Assembly (NCBI RefSeq): GCF_009914755.1
Contig: NC_060933.1
DNA length: 64,000 nucleotides
Origin: the human T2T-CHM13v2.0 reference genome, Homo sapiens
Strand: one strand, 5' to 3'
A program made the position numbers and the translations under genes. This document shows positions 43,341-59,372 of this stretch, piece after piece. Under the pieces are notes generated by a model. The model ran no database searches and had not been told where the DNA came from. It saw only the letters and a list, made by a program, of their open reading frames with translations. Each line of letters starts with the position of its first letter. The first letter of the stretch is position 1.

Positions 43341-45727
43341 AGCATGGGACAGTCTCAGAATTACTCATGGACCTGGCTCTAAGAACTTTCTAAAGAAATC
43401 AGAAAAAGTATACCAAGGAAATTAGGAGGGAAATGGGAAACAAATGAGAACATAGATGATATAAGATGTCTTCTTTGATGAGGCTAGTAATGAAAGCCTT
43501 TTAAGTCCCATAATGGAAAAAGCAAAATAAGCAAGATGAGAACTAGGAGGTGGTTGGAAGCACCGCAGCGGGAGGAAGCGGGAGTCAGAAGCCTCCGTCC
43601 AGCCTGAGCAGTGCCTCGGCTCCAGCAGCGAGCTCGGCCACAGCTCCTAAAGGGGCCCTGGGTATGGTGCCTTAAGGAGCAGTCACCGCTGAAGAGGCTG
43701 GAAAAGGGGATTGAAGGCCTGAAAAGAACATGTCCCCTGTGACTTTGTATCTGAATCCAGTTCAATAGTGAACTTTGAAGCTTATCCCAACGATTCGAGA
43801 CCACAGGCGGGAGGGAGCTCCCTGGTTCATGTCTTTGGTTTTAGCATGAGCTTGCTACCTAAGCCTTGATTGCTGGTCCCAGAGGAAGACCACAGAGGGC
43901 AACTCACTGGTGAATGTTGATGCCAGGATTCCAGAGGAAGTAGCAGCCTCCTGAGCCTACCGTGCACAGAAAGGAATTCCCATAGCCAAGGAATTCATTC
44001 ATTATTGGATAATGAAAGGATTATAACGTAAACATCAGGAAACCTATTATCTAATTCTACCAACAGATTAAAGGCGTTAAATGTCTCTGTCTGTTATTAA
44101 TTAGTAGGGGTCAAAAAGGCGCCTGATTGATAATATCCAGCAGCCAACCCTTCAGCAAGATAGAGCAGTATTGTTGACCACTTACTGGTAACTAATAATT
44201 TTCACATGTGGCGACATGCTGAAACTCTTTCTATGAAAATCAGAAGTGGGACAGGTGTGCTTGGTTCCCATGTTACTCAGCATTGTTGGGAGTTTCTAGT
44301 TAGTGTAAGAAAATGAAAAAATAGTCCTATGAAAATTGAATAGAGATACACATCTTTGTAGATATGTTTGCATGTTTTAAAATATTTAAAAGCCACCAAC
44401 ACTGCTTTTCAAATACCCATTTAACCCTGTGACGTGGGTACTGTCAGCCTTGCTTTTCAGGCAGGGACAGTTACCACGGTCTCTCAGTTGCTCAGTGCAG
44501 GACCAGAACCCGTGTCAGCTCTGGAGTCTGGGCCTGGAACCCCCTGCCCTGCTAGCTACGTGGTGTGATCTCGCGTTTAGTGCCATCAGTGCTTGAAAAT
44601 GGACTTTTTTCTGTATACTAGGAATTGCCAGTTAGAAGATGGGGAAAATGTTTCCATTTTAACAGTGACAAAAATGCTAAGATGTTTAGGAATGCGGCTA
44701 GTGAGAAGGAGCAGGACCAATGCAGGAAATGAGAAATGGAACTGAAAGGACACACGGGGGTTAGGTCTTGAGGGTTAGGAGATGAGGCGGCTCCGGAGAG
44801 GCCCTCCCGCAGTGATTGCGGAGCTAGAGGACATGAATTTGAGATCCATGGGGCAGCAGGATGGAGCTGTTGCTGAGAGAATTGAGAAGATGCAGAGTTG
44901 GGAGGAGAGTTGCTGCTTCTGGGTTTGAAAACCCTGGGTGAAGTGTCTGAGGTCCAGTGTGGTCTCGTCCCTGGATTATTGAAGTGTGGGCAGAACAGGA
45001 GGTGGGTGTGCAGAGCAGAGAGCTTCGGGGCCCTCCCAGAGGCGGCTTCTCCATGGGTGAGAGATGGGAGGGACCGTGCATGGCGGCCATGGGGTCTCGT
45101 GCTTGGGGAATGATTTGTCCACGTGTGACCCGAGCCTGTTCCCCGCTGCTGGCATCTGTGCAGTAGAATTGTGGGTGCTAACACAGTGGGCTCTGCTTCC
45201 AGAATGCGTCTGTATTGGCAGAAATCACAGAAACCCTGAAATTGGAACAATGTAAATGCCTGGCTTGTACCTTCTGGGAATAGTCCAGAAGACTGCTTAC
45301 AATACTCTTAAATTTTTGTTTTGAAAGAAGCCCTCTCATTGCTTGCATGTGTTTGCATGAGCGTGGGCAGAGCCTGCGAGAAGCACTGGGCTGCTGCTGC
45401 CCCTCTCCTTGGCCAGGGAGAGTGGAGAGAGCAACAGGCTTCCCCCTCTGTGTTGGGGGTAAACTGTGGCTTGTGTAGGAGAGATCCAGAGGTACCCCAC
45501 ACATGGTCTGCACGTGTGTAGCATGTGTGGACTGTTGATGTTTGTATGGACAGTGTTTAGTCTTTGTCCCTAGAATATAAGAGAATGACTGTTAAACAGG
45601 TGAAGCATAACTTTTAAAAAAAGATAGGGAAAAGCGTGCTAGTCCTAAAATTTATATCTGACTCCCAGCAGCCCGCGTGAGATCATAACTTGTCTGCTTA
45701 CGCTTTTTTGTTCTCTTTGCTTCGAAG

Positions 45728-45774
45728 TCGCATCTGGGACACCGCCTCAGGCCAGTGCCTGAAGACGCTCATCG
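45728..45774 (+). CDS. WDR5: WDR5 exon 9: RIWDTASGQCLKTLI
   Basis: AAG acceptor after long pyrimidine tract, donor G|GTGAGT, 47 nt. Confidence 0.96.
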
Positions 45775-47924
45775 GTGAGTGTGGCTCTGTGTGGGGGCTG
45801 GGTCTGTGGGGAGGGCCTCCCCTGCTGGGTTCACTGCCCCTGTTCTTCACCAGCTCCTCCTCCCTCCTCTGCCCTGGGTCCGCCCCTGCAGGAGGAACCT
45901 TCCTCCGTGTCCGACCGTTCCGCCAGCTCCCCCTGACCGCCCGCTGGCTCTGTTGCTCCTTCTGGTGCAGTTTTCCTGCCATGGCCTTTCTCTTGGGCCA
46001 GCCTGGGGCTCCTCCACCTGTGCTGTCGGCCTCACTCCGGCTGCTCACTGGAGTCCTCTGGGCAGCCCCATTGCCTCCTGGCTTCGGGCCCCTGCTGTCG
46101 TGCCAGCCTCTTGGATCATTCCTTGAGTGACCGGCTGAGTGCCTGCCCATCTGCTGGGGGTGCTGCCGAGGTGGATGGAGGTGTCCTGGGGGCACGGAGG
46201 ACAGGCCTGAGGAGAGGAAGGAGGGACGTGGCGTGGCCTGGATGGGAAGGCCAGGTGCTGGGCAGGGTGTGGCCTGAGGGTCTGTGACGGCCCGGGGTTC
46301 CCAGCTGCCCCTTGCAGAGCCTGCAGAAAGGAGCGGAAGGGTTTTCATCCGGGGAGTGTTCGTGTTTAAGAAGCCTAGGCTAGATGTGTGGGATGGGGCG
46401 CACCTTGAGGAGGGAGCTGGGTGGTGAGGATGGGGGGATGGACCCCCGTGTGGGGAGGCACCCCGTTTGCGCCCTTCTTCCCTCTAGTCTGTCATAGCCT
46501 GCTGGCCTAGCTGAGACCAAGCCCCACAGGCTGGGAGGCTATCTGTGGCAGGAATGTGTCTCCCCGCAGTCCAGGAGGCTGTGGTCAGGATTGAGGAGGC
46601 CTCTTCTTGGCTTATAGACGCTGCCTTACCCTGGCTTCACACCAGTGTCCCTGGTGCCTCCGTGTGTCCAAATGTCCTCTTGTAAGGACACCACCCTTGG
46701 GCCTCATTTTCACTCTGTCGCCCTCTTTGAAGGCCCTGTCTCCAGTACACTCACCTCTGAGGCTCTGGAGGCTTGGGCTTCAGCATGAGTCCCCTTGCCA
46801 CAGCGGTCTTTATAGCTTCCTGCCTTGTGGGGCCAGCCTTTTGCCATGCATCTCTCCTGATTGAGATCACACCGCACTTGGTGTCCCCTGGACGGGCCAC
46901 CTGTGCTCAGTTGTGTGCGCCGCTGTTGTGTGAGCACACGTAACCCTCACGGCCACCTCTGAGGAGGGGGGTTGTCCTCATCCTGCATAGAGGCTCATTC
47001 ACTAGCCCAAAGCTCCACAGCAAGCAGGTGCAGGGACTGGGATTCCAGCCTGGGCGCCCCTGAGCCCAGGGTGGGGACGGAGGGGTCGCTGCATAGCAGT
47101 TTTCCCATCGGCGTCTCCTCAGGTCTAGCGAGTTAGACCCTTCTGGACTTCACTGAGACAGGTTGGCTGATGCGTTCATCTCTGTGAGGCTCTGCCCAGG
47201 CAGCCTGGGTTAGGCATGCGGACACGCTTGCCATCAGCTGTGTTAAGGGAGCCCGGCCCCCCGGCCCTCACTGTGACCTCGGCCTGCCTGGCGGTGTGAC
47301 GTGGTGTGCCCCTGAGGGAGGGACCGCATGGCCTCACAGCGTCTCCCGTGCCTTTTCAGTGTATGTGACCGGGCTGAGGGAGCGGAGACGCCAGGTGCCT
47401 GGCGAGGCCAGGCGTCCCCGTGGTGGTAATGCTGAGGGCCGTGTCCTTCCCGGTGCTCGGGACACACCAGCGCGTGCACGTGCTTGGGGGTCGGTGGGGG
47501 TCTCTGGTGGGGCCCAGGGGTGGGGCCTGCACCAGGACACACCTTCCTTGAGATTCCCTCCTCCTCACTCAGGTGAGAGGAGATGCCTTCCTCCACTTCT
47601 GAGGGTCGTGGGGTTGCCATGTCCTGAAAACTCTGACCTGTACATCGACAGCTTCTGGGAACCTTGACTCTTTTTCAGCTGTGTGAGAAGCAGCGGCTCT
47701 GCTCTGCCCTCAGGGCTGCAGAGTCCAGCTGATAGGCCTGGGGCATTAGCTGTGGATGTGACAACAAACAGATGGGTTCTGTGGGTGCAGATGCCCCTTG
47801 CGTCGATAAATTCTTAAAGGAGAATTTCCGAGGTGATTCCCCAGCCCTCTTTGCTGCTGGTGGAGTTGTCCCTCTGTTGAGTTGGGCATTCGCCAGCCTC
47901 ATCCATCCCCTGTGAGGCAGGTGA

Positions 47925-48287
<363 letters not shown>

Positions 48288-49084
48288 TGAGTACTGCGTG
48301 GGACTGTGGGGGCGGGCATGTGGCCTCCCCAGCCAGAGACACCTGCGTGCCAGCGTGAGCCTTTGGAGAGCGTGTTGTGGGCTTGGCACGGGATCCAGGC
48401 TCCTGGTGGAGCTTCGGCTTCTGGGCAGTGGCCTGTTAGGTCGGAGGGCAGGCCCCCGTCCATCCCTTCCCGAGGCTGAACCTCAGGTCCGACTATAGGA
48501 GGATTTAGGGTCCGTTTTCTGGTTGAGCAACTGTGGCCAGGGCAGGCCTAGCCATCCCGCATGAAGGAGTCGGCGGTCCGGGGGCCTCCAAGGCCCTTTC
48601 TGGTTCTGACCTCTGAGCATCTTGATTTTACCTCTCACAAAGCCACTGCCCTCCTGGGCTGTTCTCTAAGCTCCAGCTTTCCCATGCGTGCACCCTCAGC
48701 CCTGTGGGTCCGAGCCTGGGCCCTGATCCTCTGAGGGCTGTGTGGTTGGGTGGTAAAACCTGTTCTGGATGTTTCCAGAACCAAGAGGACTTCCTCACCC
48801 TTTTGAGGATGACCCGAGTCAGGGACGATAACACCCATCAGCTTCCTGTTAAAGTCTCTCTTGGAACTACAAATACTTGCGGCTGTCACACTGTGCTCTC
48901 AGACGCCAAGTCACTGGACTTTGAGCCTGAGGGGCTCCTTACCCTGATGGGGAAGGGGGTTCCAGCCCCGCTGGCTTTTGCACCTGGCGCTGATGGTGGC
49001 TGTGACGTAGTGGCTGCAGAGTTGGGTGTGGGGACAGAAGGATGCCTCCAGACATGCCGCCTCACCCCTCTCTCTGTCTTGCAG

Positions 49085-49118
49085 CACTCTGAAGCTCTGG
49101 GACTACAGCAAGGGGAAG
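49085..49118 (+). CDS. WDR5: WDR5 exon 11: TLKLWDYSKGK
   Basis: AG/GT bounded, 34 nt. Confidence 0.96.
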
Positions 49119-49413
49119 GTGAGCCCCCGCAGGCTTGGGCCCCCATGGTGCACCATCCCTGGGTCATGGCCTCTGGTGGGGACAGAGCTGGCCCCGGTGA
49201 TGACAAAGGAGAGGAGCTCAGAGAGCCATCTCCGCTGGGTTTGGTGCGAATTCCTGAAAGACCTGGGTATTTGTAGGGTGGCAGTCTGCAAGTTAAATCT
49301 TCGATTGTGTGGGTTTGGTACTTGTACTTTTCAGAAATAAGTGAAGTGAGTAGTGAAACGCCTTGCTTAGAACGTAGAATTACACAAAATCAAGGGGAAC
49401 CATGACTCTGTGA

Positions 49414-49623
<210 letters not shown>

Positions 49624-50250
49624 TGAATTTCCATTTCAACCAAAGCGCACTGCGCCAAGTACCGGGGACACCTTGTCCCGTTTGTTTCTAGGTCCATCTC
49701 CTTAACGGAGGCAGGCAGCCTGTTGTCGGGCTTTGCTGGCAGTGCTTGGTTGACACCTTCCGAGGGCGCTGGGACCCAACAGGTGGAGCTCTGTGTGCTC
49801 AGGGTGTCCCTGGGTGGGTGCGCTGGCTCCGGGGCTGTCGTCCACCGGCCCCAGCAGGGAGGGGAGTGTGTTTTCCCGCCCACCCACACTGGTCTCGATG
49901 CTCCTGTCTTAGACCGGGGTGACTCGGGCAACATGTGTGTGACACACAGACTCAGAAAAGGGTGACCTGAGAAGCATCTTCCATCCTGGAAGCCTCTCCT
50001 GGGGCAGGCAGGTGCCTGGCTTCTGTGAGCGAGGCCGGTGCTGGGATAGAGCAGGCGGGGCTGTCCCCATTGGGAGAGGAAGCCTCAGGCCTGGCTGGAG
50101 GGCAGGCAGGGCTTTTTGGTTGAGTTCAGCGAGGCAGCCACCAGCAGGGTGGGCGTGGGGCAGGGCATAACTGGAGATTCTCTCCCTTTCACATGCATGA
50201 GCTCTGACCTGCTTTTCCTTGCCCTGTTTTCCCTGCTTGTTGTTACGTAG

Positions 50251-50481
<231 letters not shown>

Positions 50482-51516
50482 TAAGAGCTCTTGCCCAAGG
50501 CATGGAGCTGGTCACTGTGCTGCCGACTCAGACCCGGGCTCCTGGCTTGAACCCTGTTTCTCCCTGTTCTGCCAGGCATGCTGGTCCGGAAGGTGTGTGT
50601 GGCTGTGGGACTTTAGGTGGGTGCAGCCCGTCCCACGTCACGGCGAGCTCTGTTTCCTGGGCTGGGGACAGTGAGGTCATCGCTGCCCCATCCTGGAGGC
50701 TCTGGCTCCTTTCGGGTACCTGTTCCCTCTCCCAGAGAGACCCCCCAGCTGCATGCAGGCCTAGTGGGCTCCACGGCGGAGCTGGTTCCCAGGCTACCTG
50801 GGGTTGCCACCTCTGTGGGTCCCGGCTGCCCTCTGCAGCCGCCGCTACTTCCTCACCCTCTGGCCCTGCATTTCCACGTCTCATGGAGCCAACGAGAGCA
50901 GGGGGTTCGAGCCCTTGTGGAAATCTGGGGAGGCACTGCTTCTCCCTCCATGTGAGCAGCTTCACCCAGCCTGGGGTCAGTGCTTACGCTCCACGGCGGG
51001 CCTGGGCCTTCCCCTGGGTCCTCGCCGGCGTTCTGGGGTTCTTTGGTTTACGTAGAAGCTGTAAACACTTTGATGTGGCCGACCTTGCACCACCAGTCTG
51101 TTAGTTCTGACCTCCCTGCTTGGGTGGTGGACTTGTCCTTGCTGTGACAGAGCCAGCCCTGTGGGGTGCTCTGGGGCTTAGCATTGGGGGGAGGCGGTGG
51201 GAGTGGGCGGCTCAGGGTCCGAGGAGAAGAGGGACATTGTCGATAAAGGACTGAGGACTGTGAGGGGTCTGACTGCAGTCCTTGTGCGCGCCAGCCTCTG
51301 AGCCAGTCCTGCTGCCGCGCTCCTCCTTGTGGGCGCCGAGCTGCTGTTGGTGGGGGCGTGTGGGGCTCCTGGTCTGCAGGCAGGGCTGGCACTCCCTGTG
51401 GCCTCCTGCCCCTGTCCCCCAACCGGCTGTGTCGCCCTGGTACCGGCTGCTGTCCCCTCGCTCCCCTCCCCTGGGCTCCCTGTGTCGAAGGTGGGCAGTG
51501 GGTGCTTGTCCTGTGA

Positions 51517-51738
<222 letters not shown>

Positions 51739-52407
51739 GTCCCTTTGCTCCTGCCCGCGAGAGACTGTCGGGAAGTTGACCCGGATTGGCAAGAAACAGG
51801 GTGTCTTGGAGGTGGTCCCCCAGATCTGCGCCTGGGGGTCAGGACAGGGCCTGATTTGAGCCTCCTCTCTGAAGATGATTTGGCCGAGCGGAAGGTGTGG
51901 ACCACCGGAAAGTTCTTAAAAGTTGCTGGTGACATTTCTTGCCAATTCTAACACTGTCTAGGGAAGAGTTCCTAGTCTATTGTGTTCAAACAGAGTCAAC
52001 AAAAGTTTTTAATTTTTTATTACAGAAGGGTGAAGTTCAATTTAACATGCGTTGTGTTTTTTCAGTAAACGTTCTGTATCTTTTTGATATTCCATGACCC
52101 AGTGCACGCTGTGGCCTGTCACCGCCACCGTGGCCCCGCCAGCTGGCCTCCCCTTTGGCCCACGCCGGCCGCCCCCATTCTCTGCTGCGTAGATGCCCTG
52201 GCCCAGGGCCCTGACTCCTCCATTCCCGCCAGTAGCTGTTCCTAGTGTATTTTCGTCTTTCTGGAAAACAGCATTGAGTGGTTGTTTTCTGTGTAAAGAG
52301 CCGTTTGTGTCTTGGGAGTTTGTGGCCCACATGCCGATAGCACGGTCATCGCACATGACTCTCCCGTTTGTCTCAGTGTCCCTGCAACAAGCAGCACCGC
52401 AGACTGT

Positions 52408-52413
52408 AATAAA
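52408..52413 (+). terminator. WDR5: Proximal poly(A) signal AATAAA
   Basis: AATAAA overlapping TGTA, followed by GT-rich sequence. Confidence 0.6.
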
Positions 52414-53689
52414 AGGTGGGGTTTTGTGAATGGTTGTGGCAAGTGCGTCCTTGTGAAGCTCGTCTCCATGTGGCTTTCTTGGAGAAAGGCTCCCCTGGGG
52501 CAAGAGGGTGGAAGGTTTCTTTGGACAGGAGGTGCTGAGGCTGGCTGCACCTGCTCTCTGAAGACGCCTTCCTCTCTAGGTTCATTGTTCAGTGTTGCTG
52601 GAGGCGGGGAACGGGGGTGGGGAGGTTCTTAGTTGCGAAGGAGCCAAGCTCCTGATGGACTTGCGTTGGGATGTGGGGGACACCTGTGGCATGGTAAGGC
52701 TCCCTGAGTCCCTTACTCCAGGTCAGATGCCAGTGGGACTCATGCGCCCTATGAGGGCTGCAGGGCCAGTGCTGCCCCTCGGACTCCTCGAGGGGTTGGG
52801 TGCTAAGCGCGAGCCTCGCCGTCCCTGCTGGAGCCCTCGCCTGCCTGCCCCTCTGCCTGTGCTCCTGGCACTGTGGCTTCCCGGTGCTCACCTGCACAGC
52901 AGTTAACAGCAGAGGCCGAGCGGGAGCCTCTGGGGAGCGAGGCTGAAACCTGAACCTGCCCATGGAGACAGTTGTGGTGAGGGTTGCCACACACAGTGAG
53001 GGCGGAGCAGGGTGGCTGAGGGCACAGGTGCCTGGGTCTGTCCCACGGGGCAGGGCTTTGGGGCTGTGATGCTCTGGGAAGCCAGCTTGGGTCCTGGGTC
53101 TACAGAGGGCCCTGGCCCCGGAGCCCAGCCAGCTCTGCCTCTCTCAGGGCCTGGAGTCCTGGGGGAGCTCAGCCAGCTCTGCCTTTCTCAGGGCCTGGAG
53201 TCCTGGATGAATCCTGCAGGTTTTTGGTTGCACCGGCCCAGGGAGGAAGCGGGGGGTTTGTCAGGTGGGCTCTCCTGGAGGTCCTCGAGTGGCAGGGGTG
53301 AGGAGGGGATTATCTGAGGCATCTGGAGATGTATATCCTGTGGTTTCCCCTGCCCCTCTGTTTCCGATGAGGTGTACGGATGAGTGACCTGCACTAAGAA
53401 GTGAGTTGCCACAGTGAAAATGGGTTGGTTTTTGTCTTCGACGCTCAGGGTCTGGGCGCCTCGCATTTGCAGTCTGTTGTGACAGACACGGGGAGCTCCG
53501 CGTGCCAGCCTGTGGCTGCCCTGCTGTGGGGGTCCTGGGGCCGGCGAGGCCCCTTCAGTCTTGTTCTGGGGGGACGGCCCACTCCGGGGAGGGGGTGTGC
53601 TGTGCTGAGCGCTGTATCCCTGAATATAGTTTATTTTTTCTACATTTGAATTCTGTTGTAGATTTATGTAAAAATACATTCTTTTTGAA

Positions 53690-53695
53690 AATAAA
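53690..53695 (+). terminator. WDR5: Distal poly(A) signal AATAAA
   Basis: AATAAA in AT-rich block with upstream TGTA motifs. Confidence 0.85.
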
Positions 53696-54849
53696 AATTT
53701 TCATGTCTTCTAATTTAGTCTGGTGAGAATTTCTTAACTTAAAACGTAGCTGTCTCTGTGGGGTGGGAGGGCGGCCGCCCTGGGGCTTTGTCCCCGGTGG
53801 TGGGGGTGGTGTCTGGTGAGCCAGGGTGCCCCGCAGGACAGTCCTGGGTTTTTACAGTAACCTTAGGAAAGTCATCTATTTGTGCTAATTATTCTATGTA
53901 TTTTGTATTGGTTTTTCCACTCTTAGGTATATACCTGTGTGCTAATTACTGACAGTGTTAGGCAGGTAGGCACGGATGAGGAGAGGTCCTCCAAAGTCCT
54001 GCTGCCACCACCATGCTGGGGCGTATCTTCCAGGATATGCGTTATAAACTAACAGGAGCTTTCAGATGTGAAGAGTGTGGCGCCCCCCAGTTTCCTGTCC
54101 CTGCTGCAGGAACTTCATCGTTGTTCATCGGCTCCTCCTGTTATTTCAGTACAAATCCCAGACATTCTACCATGTAAGTGGTGAACGCATGGTATCTCAA
54201 AACAAGTCTCCAGAAGCATTATTACCACAATGCCATTTTCATACCAAAAAAGTTCTCCAACCCCCTGCCTTTTTTTTTTTTTTTTTTTTTTGAGATAGGG
54301 TCTTGCTCTGTTGCCCAGGCTGGAATACAGTGGTGTGATCATGACTTACTGCAGCCTCAACCTCTTGGACACGAGTGATCCTCCCACCTCAGCCTCCCAA
54401 GTAGCTGGGACCACAGGCACATGATATCATGCCTGTCTAATTCTTTTATTTTTGAGACAGGGTTTAACTCTGTCACCCAGGCTGGAGTGCAGTGGTGCCA
54501 TCTCAGCTCACTGCAATCCCCACATCCCGGTTCAAGCGATTCTTGGGCCTAGCCTCCCGAGTAGCTGGGATTACAGGCCCGGCTATTTTGTGTATTTTTA
54601 GTAGAGTTGGGGTTTTGCCATGTTGGCCAGGCAGGCCAGCGAATTTTTGAATATTTTTATTGCAGAGACAGGGTCTCACTGTGGTGCCTAGGCGTGTCTC
54701 AAACTCCTGGCCTCCAGTGATCCACTTCTGCCTCCCAAAGTGCTGGGACTGCAGGCGTGAGCCATTGTACCCAGCCCCCCTAAAGTTATTTAACTGAATA
54801 TCTGATGTTCAGATTTCCCGTTGTCTTAGTATGTTTTAAAAAATTGTGC

Positions 54850-55239
<390 letters not shown>

Positions 55240-56949
55240 TAGCTGGGACTACAGACCCCCACCCACCACGCCCATCTAATTTTTGTATTTTTAGCAGAGA
55301 TGGGGTTTCACCATGCTGCCAGGCTGGTCTCGAACTCTTGATCTCAAGTGCTCCGCCTGCCTTGGCCTCCCAAAGTTCTGGGATTACAGGCGTGAGCCAC
55401 TGAGCCCGGTCCCTCGAGTCTTTTTAAATCGCCAGGTCCTCCCTCTTTTTTCTGTGCCATGTATCGTTGAAACCAGGTCGTTTATCTTGTGGCCTCCTGG
55501 TCTGGTTTTGCTGAGTGCGTCTCCGTGGGGCTGTTCAGCATCTTCCTGTCTCCTGTGTTCCCTGTAACCTGGCAGTGGGGGAGGCAGCCGGCCATGCTCC
55601 ATGCACCCACCACGGTGGGTGGTGCTGTGTGCGTGTTCAAACAGCTGACTCATTAGCAGATTGGTTTTATTTGATAAACATCTTTCCAGTCCTTACTTGA
55701 GTCCTATGTTAAAAAACATACAGGAGTTTGTGCCTATGACAGACGTGATGCACGGGGACACACAGGCCAGGCGAATGCTCTCATCACGCTTGCCATTCTC
55801 ACTCTCTGGGGTGCCTTTCTGGTGGTTTCCATCTATGGGAAACCATGCACAGGTGGGGTCTATCTGTGTCATTTAGGAAAACAAGCTGTGTGGCACATCC
55901 TGGCACATCCTGCTCTTCAGCCCATGAAGGAAGCTCTCAAAACACTGCGGTGGGGTAAGGTGTTGGCAGTGTGGATTCACCGTCCCAGCAAGGAGCTACC
56001 TTAGGGTCAAGGATGAGTTCTGAGAAATAGGAGAAAAGAAAGACTCAGTGAAGAGGAGAATCAGGTATGGTTACCCAGAGGAAGGGCAGAGGATGCTGAA
56101 TCCCAGTAGAGTGATGCCCGCTCCTGGGCTGTGGGCTGAGATGGCATTTCATGCCCTTGGGGGAGACCCTGACCCTCACCACCAAGCCCGACAGGTGTGG
56201 TGGAGCAGGGGGTGCAGGTACTGTTAAAGGTGAGATCCACTTGGCAAAGATTTTATGTAACTCAACTAATGAGGGGACCTGTAAGATGTTACAACCGCTT
56301 GAAAGTACCACACTTACGCAGGCAAACGAATGCTAAGACAAATTGCAAATAGATTCAAACTGGCAAAAGGTCAAAATCCACAGTAATAATCACATCCCAC
56401 TGGGCAGGCACATTGAGCTTCCTACGATTTCGAGCTGTGAACAATGAACAGCAAAGAGCAAAGGTGGAGAGGACCTGGATGGCTGCTTAGACTCCTTAGG
56501 TTGAGCAAAGGGTTTTTTCCTTATGCCTATTTCAAGGTCTCTCTGTTTTTCCTGATAGTCGACTCTTCTGTCAAAAGCTTGGTGAGCAGGAGGGAGGGTT
56601 CCCATAAGGTCTTTTGGGGAGGGAAATACCAGAATATGGGGTGACCCCGAGGGGAGGGGCTCTAACAGATGAAGGCCGCTTGGTAGCTTCATTGTCGGGG
56701 TGCAGGGGGCGAGCTGGGCTGCGGTTTCCAGCCTCCAGGCTGAGCCCTCACCTGGATCGGCCCACTCTCTCCTAAGGGATGCAGCCAGGCTGTGGCTTTA
56801 ACGTGGCTGGTGTGCTGACTGCGCAGTCCTGAGCCCTGGAGCGGCGCGCACTTGGCCTGCCTATTTTCCACATCCCAGGCCTCAGTGCCGGGCCCTCCAG
56901 CTCCCGGGGCCTGCGCCTCCCGCAGCCTTGGCTGTTTCAGCAGGTGGCA

Positions 56950-58291
<1,342 letters not shown>

Positions 58292-58310
58292 GCCTCGGCT
58301 TCCCTGCGCA

Positions 58311-58320
58311 CTTTATTTAA
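58311..58320 (-). promoter_or_regulatory. RNU6ATAC: TATA-like box of U6atac (TTAAATAAAG, -29 to -20)
   Basis: Position and AT content fit a type 3 Pol III promoter. Confidence 0.85.
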
Positions 58321-58338
58321 GGACGAAAGCTCCACTCG

Positions 58339-58355
58339 CCTTTCGGTGAGGGTGA
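58339..58355 (-). promoter_or_regulatory. RNU6ATAC: Proximal sequence element (SNAPc site) TCACCCTCACCGAAAGG, -64 to -48
   Basis: Matches snRNA PSE consensus at the expected spacing from TATA and +1. Confidence 0.88.
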
Positions 58356-58496
58356 CTTCTTGTTCGCTATCCATGGAGGTACATTTATAAAAATGTCATG
58401 GTTCAGTGGGAAACCACAAATGTTCGCATTCAATTAATCGTCTTTGTTAAAATTTGAACGTGTAAGAAAAAAATCTACCACTTTTCGTGCCCTAAT

Positions 58497-58504
58497 ATAT
58501 TCAT
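58497..58504 (-). promoter_or_regulatory. RNU6ATAC: Putative distal sequence element, octamer variant ATGAATAT (-213 to -206)
   Basis: Two mismatches to ATGCAAAT, at the usual DSE distance. Confidence 0.45.
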
Positions 58505-58529
58505 AAAAGTAGCCAATTAGAAGCTGAGG

Positions 58530-59160
58530 GGAACAAACGGAAGTCCCGAGCGTCCTTCAGAGAAGTAGATTCCCCCGGAAACAAAACAGGGCGGGCGCGC
58601 ACCTCCTGCGGCGACACGCCTAGCAGACGGCGGAAGGCGGGAAGAACTGTCTACGGAAGTGGAAGGTTGGTAACGAATCAGAGAACAAGGATCGGAAGAT
58701 CCGTTCCACGGACTTCCGGACGCGGCCCTGCCCCGGGAACTGCGGGTGTTCAGGACCCTGTGGTGCGCGGGACGCCGCCCGCGCATGCGCCGCGCCGGCT
58801 CAGCCCCGTTTTCGCAAGCTCTGCGTGGTCTTGGGTGGCGAGTTCGAGCCTTAGAACGGCCGAGTGCCCTGGAACCGGTTTCGGCTCTGGCGTCCTCGCG
58901 TGTCCTCCGGCTCCAGGTTACAACGTCAGTATTGGCGCCTTGGCGCGGTCCCGTCCTGCTCTCGTCCTCCGTTCCGTGGACCCCGGGGCTGTTCTGGCGC
59001 CTCGCAGGCCGGGCCCCTCCCATCGACTCGATGGGCAGGGCTCTGCGAGGCTCGGGGACCGGGGACGCGCGGCCTTCCTGACAAGGAGCCCGAGGGTCTG
59101 CACAGCCTGGGGCACCACCCGGCCTGGTGAGGATGATCGCTGTGCGCGCGATGCACATGC
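58530..59160 (+). promoter_or_regulatory. CpG island with Pol II housekeeping-promoter motifs, upstream of and divergent from U6atac
   Basis: ACGGAAGT 58537 and 58653, ACTTCCGG 58712, perfect NRF1 palindrome GCGCATGCGC 58781-58790. Confidence 0.7.
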
Positions 59161-59372
59161 GCCCTCAACACCTCTGCACATTCATGCACGTGTCCATACA
59201 TGGGTGCACACACGTCCTTACACGTATGTACATACGCATGTGTACACGCGCACATGTCTGCACACGAGTCACACGTGCAAGTGCACGCATGGATGGTGGA
59301 CACGCGTTTACACACGTGAATATGTGTATACACATGCAGACACATGTGCCTGCCCACATGGATGTGTGCACA
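59150..59372. repeat. Degenerate alternating purine-pyrimidine (CA/TG/CG) tract
   Basis: CACATGCGC...ACACGTATGTACATACGCATGTGTACACGCGCACATG low-complexity run. Confidence 0.85.

Larger units (their letters stand above)
51739..53713 (+). other. WDR5: WDR5 3'UTR (~2 kb; end approximate)
   Basis: Transposon-free sequence from the stop codon to the distal poly(A) signal. Confidence 0.8.

Noticed and set aside
43360-46800. Faint L1-like and MLT1-like remnants in WDR5 introns 8-9
   Set aside because: Too diverged to assign family or boundaries by eye.
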